Assembly (NCBI GenBank): GCA_016929755.1
Contig: JAFGIF010000187.1
Span: 1-49,545 of the forward strand
DNA from: Deltaproteobacteria bacterium
GTDB taxonomy: Bacteria > Desulfobacterota > Desulfomonilia > UBA1062
Reading direction: 5' to 3'
DNA length: 49,545 bases
Shown here piece after piece: positions 37,291 through 44,566 of this stretch; positions within the stretch are counted from its first letter, which is position 1, and each line of letters begins with the position of its first letter. The translations under genes were made by a program, and so were the position numbers. The notes beneath the pieces are model-generated. The model was given only the letters and a program-made list of their open reading frames with translations. It ran no database searches and was not told the origin of the DNA.

Positions 37291-38534
37291 GAGCATACCT
37301 CTTTGCAGTCATAGAAAAAGCGGGCAATATCCATTTTGACCGGAATGTCTGCGGCCACACCGCACAGGGAGGACTGCACAGTCTTTATATCACGCCAGTG
37401 TTTTTCAACATGCCATTCTCTGGCATAGCCGGCCGAACCCATCAGTTCCATTCCACGGTTGAGCGCATTCAGTGCACTGTCCTGTACACTGGACCCAATC
37501 ATGCGGGCAATGGTGTAGATGCTCTCGCCGCCGATGCCCCTAAGTGCAAGGGGATCGGCCATGATCTGGCTCAGACTGTAGCACAACAGGCGGGCGCAGG
37601 TGATTTCTTGGGCAACCGTTGCCAGGACAGAGGCGCACAAAGGATTTTCCTTCATGGGTATGCCGCCCTTGATCGTGCGGCTTTGGGCCCATTCGGTCAG
37701 GATCTCGAAAAAATTCATGGCGGCCCCGATGCTTACTCCCCCCAGCAGCAGGTTCAGCCACACGTACAGCTCTTCCACAGCACCATCCCTTGAAATGATA
37801 TATTCTTTGGGTATTCTGACAGATTCAAACGAGATATCTGTGTTTTCAGAGGCATCCAGGCCGGTCTGTTTTATCGGCAATCCTTTTTTTACGCCAGAGA
37901 TGTCTGCGGGGACAAAGGCCAGGCATATCTTCCCGCTGCTTTGCGCACAAACCACACACAACAGGTCGGATGCTTTTCCAAAGCCGAAAGGTCTCAGGTT
38001 TTCGCCGCTGACCACGTATTCGTTATCATCGGCTGCAATCCCGGCAAGCACGGACATGCCCCTGAATAGTGGTGTTTTCCGATCGTTTATACCGGCACCT
38101 GGCAGGATCGCTGTGGAAGTCTTGAGTTTATCGCTTAAATAGAGTGGAGCGAGGGCATCGCACAGGTCGTCCTTAATGTTAGGATGCATAGTAATAGTGG
38201 CAAAAATTGCATAGTCAAGAGCGTTAGCCAGACCAATGGAGGCATCCCCCCGGCCAATTTCAGTGAATGCTGTCAGAATTGCGGGTGCATACGAGGGGCT
38301 GTTCCAGCCATAACCATCGTATTTTTCGGACAAAACAAGCCGCTTCAGGCCGATATCTATGCCGAGTTTTCTGCATTTTTCAGGGAAGAGCAGGGTATAA
38401 TTCTGCTGATAGTTCAGCCTGTCGGATATGATTTCTTTGTCGGCCCACTGCCTGATTGTGGTGGAAAAACTGCGGGCATCTTCATCCACCCAGTGCTTGG
38501 GGTATATGAACAGTTTATCCAGATCGACACTCAT
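37287..38534 (-). CDS. acyl-CoA dehydrogenase family protein
   Basis: ACAD-like C-terminus (GSAGYAREWHVEKHWRDIKT). ATG at 38534 has AGGAGG 5 nt upstream, so it is preferred to the track start at 38552. Confidence 0.88.
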   Translation of the reverse strand: MSVDLDKLFIYPKHWVDEDARSFSTTIRQWADKEIISDRLNYQQNYTLLFPEKCRKLGIDIGLKRLVLSEKYDGYGWNSPSYAPAILTAFTEIGRGDASIGLANALDYAIFATITMHPNIKDDLCDALAPLYLSDKLKTSTAILPGAGINDRKTPLFRGMSVLAGIAADDNEYVVSGENLRPFGFGKASDLLCVVCAQSSGKICLAFVPADISGVKKGLPIKQTGLDASENTDISFESVRIPKEYIISRDGAVEELYVWLNLLLGGVSIGAAMNFFEILTEWAQSRTIKGGIPMKENPLCASVLATVAQEITCARLLCYSLSQIMADPLALRGIGGESIYTIARMIGSSVQDSALNALNRGMELMGSAGYAREWHVEKHWRDIKTVQSSLCGVAADIPVKMDIARFFYDCKEVCS

Positions 38535-38552
38535 ATGCCCTCCTTTAATCAA

Positions 38553-38624
38553 AATTCATGGATAATTTTACATCCAATAAAAACCGAATGAATTCAAAAT
38601 AATACTTGGTAATGAAAATTCATT
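38553..38624. promoter_or_regulatory. candidate operator set (AATTCAT/ATGAATT heptamers, palindrome AATGA-N4-TCATT) upstream of the supercluster
   Basis: AATTCAT at 38553-38559 and 38617-38623, and its reverse complement ATGAATT at 38588-38594. Palindromes GAATGAATTC (38586-38595) and AATGAAAATTCATT (38611-38624). Confidence 0.3.
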
Positions 38625-38812
38625 ATCATAAAAAATAGACTTGATAAATAAAAAGTCAAGCAGTGCTGTCGTATTAGTGATCATCACTGCATACCCATAC
38701 GCCGGCAACTTTGCAGCTTGCAAATTTGTGGTTGTTCTTTACTATAAGAAAATAAGGATACTTGTCGATTCTGATGCTGTCTTGAGCGTTTGCGTGAGGA
38801 GGAGTGGAATAA

Positions 38813-39379
38813 ATGGCAATATCTCATCCGTTTGAAAAACTTTCTTTATCAGTAAAGAAACGAGCATTTCTGGTATTTCTGGTGCTGGCACTTGTCATCA
38901 TGGCTCTGCTCAATATCATCGGCGCACCTTTGATTACCGATGCAGCCCCTGCGGGCATTGTGTCATACGAGCTGGCAAAAAACATTGATATGACAGCAGG
39001 CATCCTTGCTTCCTGGGATGAAACGGCGCGTATAAGCGCCGGGTTGAGCCTGGGGTTTGATTATCTTTTCATGGTGGCCTACTCAGTTGCAATTGCATTG
39101 GCCTGTGTGCTCTCGGCCGGATTGTTCCGATCGGCGCTGACTTCTTTGGGTATGATTCTGGCCTGGCTGCAGTTTGTTGCCGCTATCCTTGATGCAATTG
39201 AAAACTATGCCCTTATCAGGCTGCTCTATGGTGCTGTTTCTCAGCCGTGGCCTTTGATCGCCTGGGCTTGTGCAATCCCCAAGTTTGCTTTTGTGCTTTT
39301 GGGAATTTTGTATGCACTAGTGGGATTAATCGCCCTGATGGTTGTCTCTGCAAAAAAGAAAGCCCGGGTTGACACATAA
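38813..39379 (+). CDS. integral membrane protein, unknown function
   Basis: 188 aa with about five hydrophobic segments. RBS GAGGAGGAG. Divergent from the supercluster. Confidence 0.6.
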   Translation: MAISHPFEKLSLSVKKRAFLVFLVLALVIMALLNIIGAPLITDAAPAGIVSYELAKNIDMTAGILASWDETARISAGLSLGFDYLFMVAYSVAIALACVLSAGLFRSALTSLGMILAWLQFVAAILDAIENYALIRLLYGAVSQPWPLIAWACAIPKFAFVLLGILYALVGLIALMVVSAKKKARVDT

Positions 39380-39526
39380 ACTCAATTTTAAAGCACCGCC
39401 CGGCTGGTTGTTTTTCTTTTTAAACTTGCGGGCATCTTATATAGACTGGTGGTGTTTTTTATGTTAGTTACTTGCTTTATGCGGGCTTGCGCTTGCATAA
39501 GATCAATCATAATGGGGAGGTTTTCT

Positions 39527-40300
39527 ATGAAGAAGTTTTGGTGGATAATACTTGCTGTTTTCGTTGTGAGCATCTTTGCAGTTGCATGTGGCAAAAAAGA
39601 AGAAAAAGCTGTTGTGGAAGCGGCTAAGGAAGTCAAGACCTTCGTAGTGGCTACCGATGCTACCTGGCCGCCAATGGAAATGGTCAATGAAAACAAAGAA
39701 ATTGTCGGTTTTGATATTGATTTTCTAAATGCCGTTGCTGCAGAGGGCGGCTTCAAGGTTGAATATAAGAACACCGCCTGGGACGGTATCTTTGAAGGTG
39801 TTGAAATTGACAAGTACGATGCGGTCATTTCATCGGTCACCATCACGGAAGAGCGTCAGAAGAAGTATGACTTCTCGATGCCCTACCTGAATGCCGGCCA
39901 GGTTCTTATAATTCCCAATGATATGGATGCTTCCACCCTTGCGGATATGGGCGGCAAGTCTGTTGGTGCTCAGCTTGGTACAACCGGCGCTTTCGAGATC
40001 GCCAAAAACAAGGAAATAACCCAGAAAAACTACGATGAGATCGGCCTGGCATTTGAAGACATGGCAGCCGGCAGAATCCAGGGTGTAGTCTGTGATACCC
40101 CGGTCGCGGCTGACTATGCATTGCAGCGTCCCGAATACAAAGAAAAATTCAAGATTGCCGGAGATCCGTTCACCGAAGAACACTATGGAATCGTGATCAA
40201 AAAAGGCAATCAGGAATTACTTGACCTTTTGAACACCGGGATTAAAGCCGTGCAGGCAAAAGGCATAGACAAACAACTTGAGAAAAAGTGGCTGAGATAA
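39527..40300 (+). CDS. amino-acid ABC transporter substrate-binding lipoprotein
   Basis: ATG at 39527 follows GGGGAGG. Lipobox-like signal MKKFWWIILAVFVVSIFAVACG. Family-3 SBP features (ATDATWPPME, GFDIDF). Confidence 0.85.
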   Translation: MKKFWWIILAVFVVSIFAVACGKKEEKAVVEAAKEVKTFVVATDATWPPMEMVNENKEIVGFDIDFLNAVAAEGGFKVEYKNTAWDGIFEGVEIDKYDAVISSVTITEERQKKYDFSMPYLNAGQVLIIPNDMDASTLADMGGKSVGAQLGTTGAFEIAKNKEITQKNYDEIGLAFEDMAAGRIQGVVCDTPVAADYALQRPEYKEKFKIAGDPFTEEHYGIVIKKGNQELLDLLNTGIKAVQAKGIDKQLEKKWLR

Positions 40301-41094
40301 AACCTAAACCAAAAGCCAGCGAGCAACCAAAAAAGGTTACCATAGATATCGGGGATGGCGTTGCCATCCCCTCCAAGGAAGATGTCGGCCTCTTCACCGC
40401 CTGGAGAGTTGCCTTTTTCGGAGCCATCGGCATAATAGTGTTTCTTGCGCTCTTCAAGCCCGATCCATATCTGAAAATCATGCGATTTGTGCCGGATGGC
40501 ATTCTGGTAACCTTCCAGGTGACAGTGGAATCCATCCTGCTGGCGCTGGTATTAGGGTTGTTTACCGGGTTGGGCCGGGTTTCCAAAAACCGCTTTATCA
40601 ACGGCATCGCCTCATTGTATGTGGAGGTGATCCGGGGCATACCTCTGCTGGTACAGCTCTTTTATATCTATTTTGCCCTGGGCCGTATCGTTAAGTTGCC
40701 GCCCATTACCAGCGCAGTGTTCGCCATGGCCATCTGTTACGGTGCCTACATGGGCGAAATTTTCCGGGCCGGAATTACCTCCATCCCACCCGGGCAGACC
40801 GAGGCGGCCCGTTCTCTGGGTATGACATCTTCCCAGTCAATGTATCACGTAATCTTGCCCCAGGCTTTCAAGACCATCCTGCCGCCGGTGGGCAATGAAT
40901 TCGTGGCCCTGCTCAAAGATTCATCGCTGGTATCTATCCTGGCCGTGTCCGACCTGCTCAGGCGGGGCAGGGAGTTTGCTTCGGAGACATTCACCTATTT
41001 TGAAACATACACCACCGTTGCCCTGGTTTATCTGATCATAACCCTGTTCCTCTCAAAGCTTATCAGCATCATGGAGGAGAGAATCAATGATTAA
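40288..41094 (+). CDS. amino-acid ABC transporter permease (His/Glu/Gln/Arg/opine family)
   Basis: EAA-type loop [27 protein letters not shown] start overlaps the SBP gene end. Confidence 0.9.
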   Translation: MAEIKPKPKASEQPKKVTIDIGDGVAIPSKEDVGLFTAWRVAFFGAIGIIVFLALFKPDPYLKIMRFVPDGILVTFQVTVESILLALVLGLFTGLGRVSKNRFINGIASLYVEVIRGIPLLVQLFYIYFALGRIVKLPPITSAVFAMAICYGAYMGEIFRAGITSIPPGQTEAARSLGMTSSQSMYHVILPQAFKTILPPVGNEFVALLKDSSLVSILAVSDLLRRGREFASETFTYFETYTTVALVYLIITLFLSKLISIMEERIND

Positions 41095-41833
41095 AGAAGA
41101 TAGGCGCAAAATGGTGGAGATGCAGGGCGTCTACAAATTTTTCGGCACATTAAAGGCGCTTAACAATGTTTCGCTCGATATCTATGACGGAGAGAAGGTC
41201 GTGATTGTCGGCCCCAGCGGTTCAGGCAAGAGCACCCTTTTGCGCTCGATAAACAAGCTCGAGGAAATTGATGCGGGCAGCATAATTGTAGATGGTTTTG
41301 AAATAAATGATCCTGCCACCAATATAAACAAGGTGCGCGAAGAAGTCGGCATGGTCTTTCAGCAGTTCAATGTCTTTCCACATAAAAGTGTGCTGGAGAA
41401 CCTGACCCTGGCCCAGATCGTTGTACGCAAACGATCCAAAGCCGAAGCCCTTGAAATTGCTCGCAAGTTGTTGAAAAAGGTAGGCATTCTCGACAAGGCC
41501 GATAACAAGCCCCACAAGCTTTCCGGCGGGCAGCAGCAGCGCGTTGCTATTGCCCGGGCCCTGGCAATGCAGCCCAAGCTAATGCTTTTTGACGAGCCGA
41601 CCTCGGCCCTCGATCCTGAGATGATCGGCGAGGTGCTGGATGTCATGGTGACCTTGGCCAAAGAAGGCATGACCATGATCGTGGTCACCCACGAGATGGG
41701 TTTTGCCCGCGAAGTGGCCGACCGAGTAATTTTTATGGACGAAGGCCGGATCCTTGAGACCGGCACGCCCGAGCATTTCTTCAGCAATCCTCAGCATGAA
41801 CGCACCAAGCAGTTCATGAGCCAAATCCTGTAA
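41087..41833 (+). CDS. amino-acid ABC transporter ATP-binding protein (GlnQ-like)
   Basis: Walker [10 protein letters not shown], signature [15 protein letters not shown], Walker [13 protein letters not shown]. Confidence 0.93.
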   Translation: MIKEDRRKMVEMQGVYKFFGTLKALNNVSLDIYDGEKVVIVGPSGSGKSTLLRSINKLEEIDAGSIIVDGFEINDPATNINKVREEVGMVFQQFNVFPHKSVLENLTLAQIVVRKRSKAEALEIARKLLKKVGILDKADNKPHKLSGGQQQRVAIARALAMQPKLMLFDEPTSALDPEMIGEVLDVMVTLAKEGMTMIVVTHEMGFAREVADRVIFMDEGRILETGTPEHFFSNPQHERTKQFMSQIL

Positions 41834-41851
41834 AACCATGTCTTTAGATTA

Positions 41852-41880
41852 TTGACAAGGCAATAGAGTATATGTAAAAA
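41852..41880 (+). promoter_or_regulatory. candidate sigma70 promoter for tRNA-Thr
   Basis: TTGACA (41852-41857), 17-nt spacer, TAAAAA (41875-41880), 12 nt before the tRNA 5' end. Confidence 0.35.
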
Positions 41881-41892
41881 ACACAGATCTGT

Positions 41893-41964
41893 GCCAGCGT
41901 AGCTCAGTGGTAGAGCAGCTGATTCGTAATCAGCAGGTCGTCGGTTCAACCCCGACCGCTGGCT
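41893..41964 (+). tRNA. tRNA-Thr (anticodon CGT)
   Basis: Hand-folded cloverleaf. Acceptor GCCAGCG/CGCTGGC, D arm GCTC..GAGC, anticodon stem GCTGA/TCAGC with loop TTCGTAA, T arm GTCGG-TTCAACC-CCGAC. No encoded CCA. Confidence 0.9.
41919..41964 (+). repeat. attL core (3' 46 nt of the functional tRNA-Thr)
   Basis: CTGATTCGTAATCAGCAGGTCGTCGGTTCAACCCCGACCGCTGGCT is identical to 49437-49482. Confidence 0.85.
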
Positions 41965-42027
41965 TATTAATATTATTGAAGAAATTATCAATTTATTGAT
42001 TAAATAAAATCTCCTTCGTTATCACCA

Positions 42028-42050
42028 GTCCCCATTCTGTCCCCATAAAA
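42028..42050 (+). repeat. 23-bp direct repeat with two GTCCCCAT units (candidate integrase arm-type sites, left arm)
   Basis: GTCCCCATTCTGTCCCCATAAAA is identical to 49301-49323. Confidence 0.6.
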
Positions 42051-42293
42051 AATAAATAGTACGGAATCAATATACAGATTATCAATGCAAACCGTTTGGC
42101 CGCTCCGGGAAAAAAGGAATATTATGGAATACTCAAGGTAATACGTTAGAAATAATACAAGAACACTATAGAGTCTTCACCAGAGCGCCACCACGCGAAT
42201 ATTTAAGCATGATTAAGGTAATTAGCTAGGTGATATAGAATAAGGCGCGCCATGAGGGCGCACCGATGACCATTCCAGCCTTGCAAGGAAAAA

Positions 42294-42560
42294 TTATAAC
42301 ATCCTCTGTACAATAGACTCCGGGCTTAGGTGGCAAGACACCCATTCGATCAATTCCGGACTGCCTGCATTGAACGGCCCCTCTATTTCTTCCAGGTGCC
42401 CCACATCCAGAGCCAAGCAAGGTGATAGGGCATAGTGGATGTAAAATTTGCCGTCCTGGGCCTTATACAACGATTCCTTAACCTTTTCCTCAGGGTAATC
42501 TAATACGCCGGATTCCAGGTTACCGATAAACTTCATTCCGTTAGTTGTAGTTTTTTTCAT
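42294..42560 (-). CDS. hypothetical protein (88 aa)
   Basis: ATG is preceded by AGGAG. No recognisable motif. Confidence 0.5.
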   Translation of the reverse strand: MKKTTTNGMKFIGNLESGVLDYPEEKVKESLYKAQDGKFYIHYALSPCLALDVGHLEEIEGPFNAGSPELIEWVSCHLSPESIVQRML

Positions 42561-42597
42561 TTTTCCAAATCTCCTTTTTGGGTTTATTTTTTACTGT

Positions 42598-42900
42598 TCA
42601 TGCATCTTGAATATCAAAATGCTTTTCTAGGACATCATACAGCCGTTCCCTCTCAAGGAAAGCTAGAACGGCGCTCTTGGACAGAGGGTTTATGGTTTCA
42701 CCCTTTTTGCCTGTGTTACCTGTGTTATAGGAATGGTAATGATACCTAAAATAACTCCCTTTAAAAGTCTTATACAGAATCCAGCCTGAATCCAATTCAA
42801 CACACTCACCGTCTTCAGTTTGGTAGTAATCCTTTTTGCTACGGCATATTTCAATAGAGGCATCTGTATTGTAACGCTTGCCTTTTATTATGGCGATCAT
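42598..42900 (-). CDS. hypothetical protein (100 aa)
   Basis: ATGA overlap with the upstream terminase-like gene. No recognisable motif. Confidence 0.55.
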   Translation of the reverse strand: MIAIIKGKRYNTDASIEICRSKKDYYQTEDGECVELDSGWILYKTFKGSYFRYHYHSYNTGNTGKKGETINPLSKSAVLAFLERERLYDVLEKHFDIQDA

Positions 42901-43382
42901 ATTTGAGATTCCTTCTTGCCCGGCAACGGGGTGTATTTCCCTGGCCTGGCATAATTCTTCACCAGTTCACCTATTTCAGCCCGGATAACATCTTGAACGC
43001 TATTGAGTGGTTTACCAAACAACAAAGGCGGCAACCTATCGGACATTGATTCCATACCGGCCGTTACCGCAATTACGCGCGCGGTCCATTCCTTTTCTAT
43101 GTCCGGCCAGGCAACCAAATTGCCTTTTAGCTGATCTGCTTTTAACGTTTCATTGCTTGCTTTACTCCACCAGTATTTACGTTTAGCTTCGTTTATGGAT
43201 TCATCACCCGACTTGGCCGCGGCCCGTTCTTCCGCTATGTTTTCCCACCACCAATCGAAAACAGCCTTTGCATCAAAAGAATTTACCCCGGACTTCGGGC
43301 AACCCATTGCATGCCAAGCATTTACAGTTCGGGGTGTTACATTAAATAGGTCTGCAATTTCTTTAGTTGATAACTTTCTCAT
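42897..43382 (-). CDS. Nu1-like terminase small subunit / HTH DNA-binding protein
   Basis: ATG at 43382 follows AAGGAAGG. STKEIADLFNVTPRTVNAWHAMGCP and AVFDWWWEN parallel lambda Nu1 (KKQLADIFGASIRTIQNWQEQGMP, AVIKWYAE; recalled). The track start at 43673 overlaps the upstream gene. Confidence 0.6.
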   Translation of the reverse strand: MRKLSTKEIADLFNVTPRTVNAWHAMGCPKSGVNSFDAKAVFDWWWENIAEERAAAKSGDESINEAKRKYWWSKASNETLKADQLKGNLVAWPDIEKEWTARVIAVTAGMESMSDRLPPLLFGKPLNSVQDVIRAEIGELVKNYARPGKYTPLPGKKESQI

Positions 43383-43402
43383 TCTACCTTCCTTTCTATT
43401 CG

Positions 43403-43514
43403 TTCCCTCAGGGAAGAGGGAAGTAAGATTTTCTTCCCACAAGTGGACAAATTCCGCGCTTTTCTTAGCCGCGCAGGGTCCGCCCTGCTGGAAGGACCCG
43501 TGCCTTTCGGCACG
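43403..43514 (-). other. hairpin-dense GC-rich intergenic segment upstream of the terminase-like gene
   Basis: Stems TTCCC/GGGAA (43403-43415), GGGAAG/CTTCCC (43418-43438), GGGTCC/GGACCC (43476-43499) and CGTGCC/GGCACG (43499-43514; GAAA loop on the transcribed strand). Confidence 0.4.
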
Positions 43515-43530
43515 AGCCCCCAGTCTGTTA

Positions 43531-44124
43531 TTACAGCTTTGTAATTCCATACTCTGCACGGATGTTTTCCTGGAGTGCCTTGACCTCTTCAGGTTTTGGT
43601 ATCTCGAGCAACCCGGCCAACGGGCTGTTGAAAACATTTTCTTGAAAGGCACCTGCCATACAAGCCGCCGCATGGTAACGATTCAATAGTTGAACAATGT
43701 GATCGTCCCCAAGAGTCTGAGCCTTGATCTCATCGAACACAGCGTTGTGTAGCATCCTCTGACAACCATTCCTGATATTGACTGCCTGTTGAATCTTAGT
43801 CGATACAAGCCCTTGAGCACGAATACAGGCATTGATCAGATCTTCATGATGCTTCAGGTTCTTCTCTGCATCCCGGTGCTTTCTTTTGGCATCGGCCAAC
43901 TGCTCCTTGGTTATCTCGCCCATCGCATGCCGTTCAAATGCATGATCCAGGTCCTTTTTGCATTCATCGACGACCATCCGTAATCCAGACAATTTAGAGC
44001 GGGCATCTTCCTGATTATTCTGCAATGACACCATCTGAGCATTAGCCTGGTCATAATTGGCCTTGGCCTGTACGGCGTTCCGCTTTAATTGCTCAATATC
44101 CACAGGCTTTCTCGGTCTAGGCAT
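43531..44124 (-). CDS. hypothetical coiled-coil protein (197 aa)
   Basis: Charged, heptad-like N-terminal two-thirds. The ATG lies 1 nt after the upstream stop. Confidence 0.55.
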   Translation of the reverse strand: MPRPRKPVDIEQLKRNAVQAKANYDQANAQMVSLQNNQEDARSKLSGLRMVVDECKKDLDHAFERHAMGEITKEQLADAKRKHRDAEKNLKHHEDLINACIRAQGLVSTKIQQAVNIRNGCQRMLHNAVFDEIKAQTLGDDHIVQLLNRYHAAACMAGAFQENVFNSPLAGLLEIPKPEEVKALQENIRAEYGITKL

Positions 44125-44125
44125 A

Positions 44126-44482
44126 TTATTTATCCTCCTTCGACTCGTATATCCCGACGCGGCCTTGATCCTTGGCTTTCAGATAGGATTTAAAGCTATC
44201 CCGATCTCCATTGAACTCTTTCCGGGTGTCCGCATTCTGCCAAAGAGCATTGACGCGCTCATCCAGAATGAATGCATCAACATCACCCTTATATGATGTT
44301 CTGATATTGGCATCCTGTTTCCAGATTTTCATAGCCTGGGCCTCTGAGCGCTTGTGTTCCTCATACGCGGCCAGGTTCCCGAACTCCGAACGAACGGCAG
44401 CATCTGCCTTCCAATTTAAAATGATTTCCTCTGCTAATTTTCCATCTTGTGACATGATCGTGTTTCCCCTTTCATTTTTCAT
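44126..44482 (-). CDS. hypothetical protein with three tandem W-x-x-D/A-A-x-x-R repeats
   Basis: NWKADAAVRSEFGNLAAY / IWKQDANIRTSYKGDVDAF / LWQNADTRKEFNGDRDSF. An alternative start at ATG 44455 is possible. Confidence 0.55.
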   Translation of the reverse strand: MKNERGNTIMSQDGKLAEEIILNWKADAAVRSEFGNLAAYEEHKRSEAQAMKIWKQDANIRTSYKGDVDAFILDERVNALWQNADTRKEFNGDRDSFKSYLKAKDQGRVGIYESKEDK

Positions 44483-44566
44483 TTATTTTGAGTTTTTGAA
44501 AATAAATCTGTTTGGTTATCCGGCCCTTAGTTAGGGGCCTCTTATGACACTCATAAAAATCCCCCT

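Noticed and set aside
38701-38716. Sigma54-like GG-N10-GC match (CGGCAACTTTGCAGCT) upstream of the membrane-protein gene.
   Set aside because: The register is right, but the -12 element (CAGCT) and the -24 flanks are poor. It is not distinguishable from chance.
39380-39526. A possible terminator or hairpins after the membrane-protein gene (ACCGCCCGGCTGGT followed by a T-rich run; TTATGC...GCATAA).
   Set aside because: The stems are only 3-6 bp with poor geometry, so they are not convincing as an intrinsic terminator.
42028-42050. The 23-bp repeats read as terminal repeats of an IS or transposon.
   Set aside because: They are direct rather than inverted repeats, and they lie inside the tRNA-derived att repeats. 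No transposase is present. A tyrosine integrase with arm-type sites explains them better.
43383-43673. The 97-codon N-terminal extension of the terminase-like ORF (track start 43673).
   Set aside because: It overlaps the upstream 197-aa gene by 143 nt and runs through the hairpin-rich spacer. The internal ATG at 43382 has a good AAGGAAGG RBS and starts exactly at the Nu1-like HTH.
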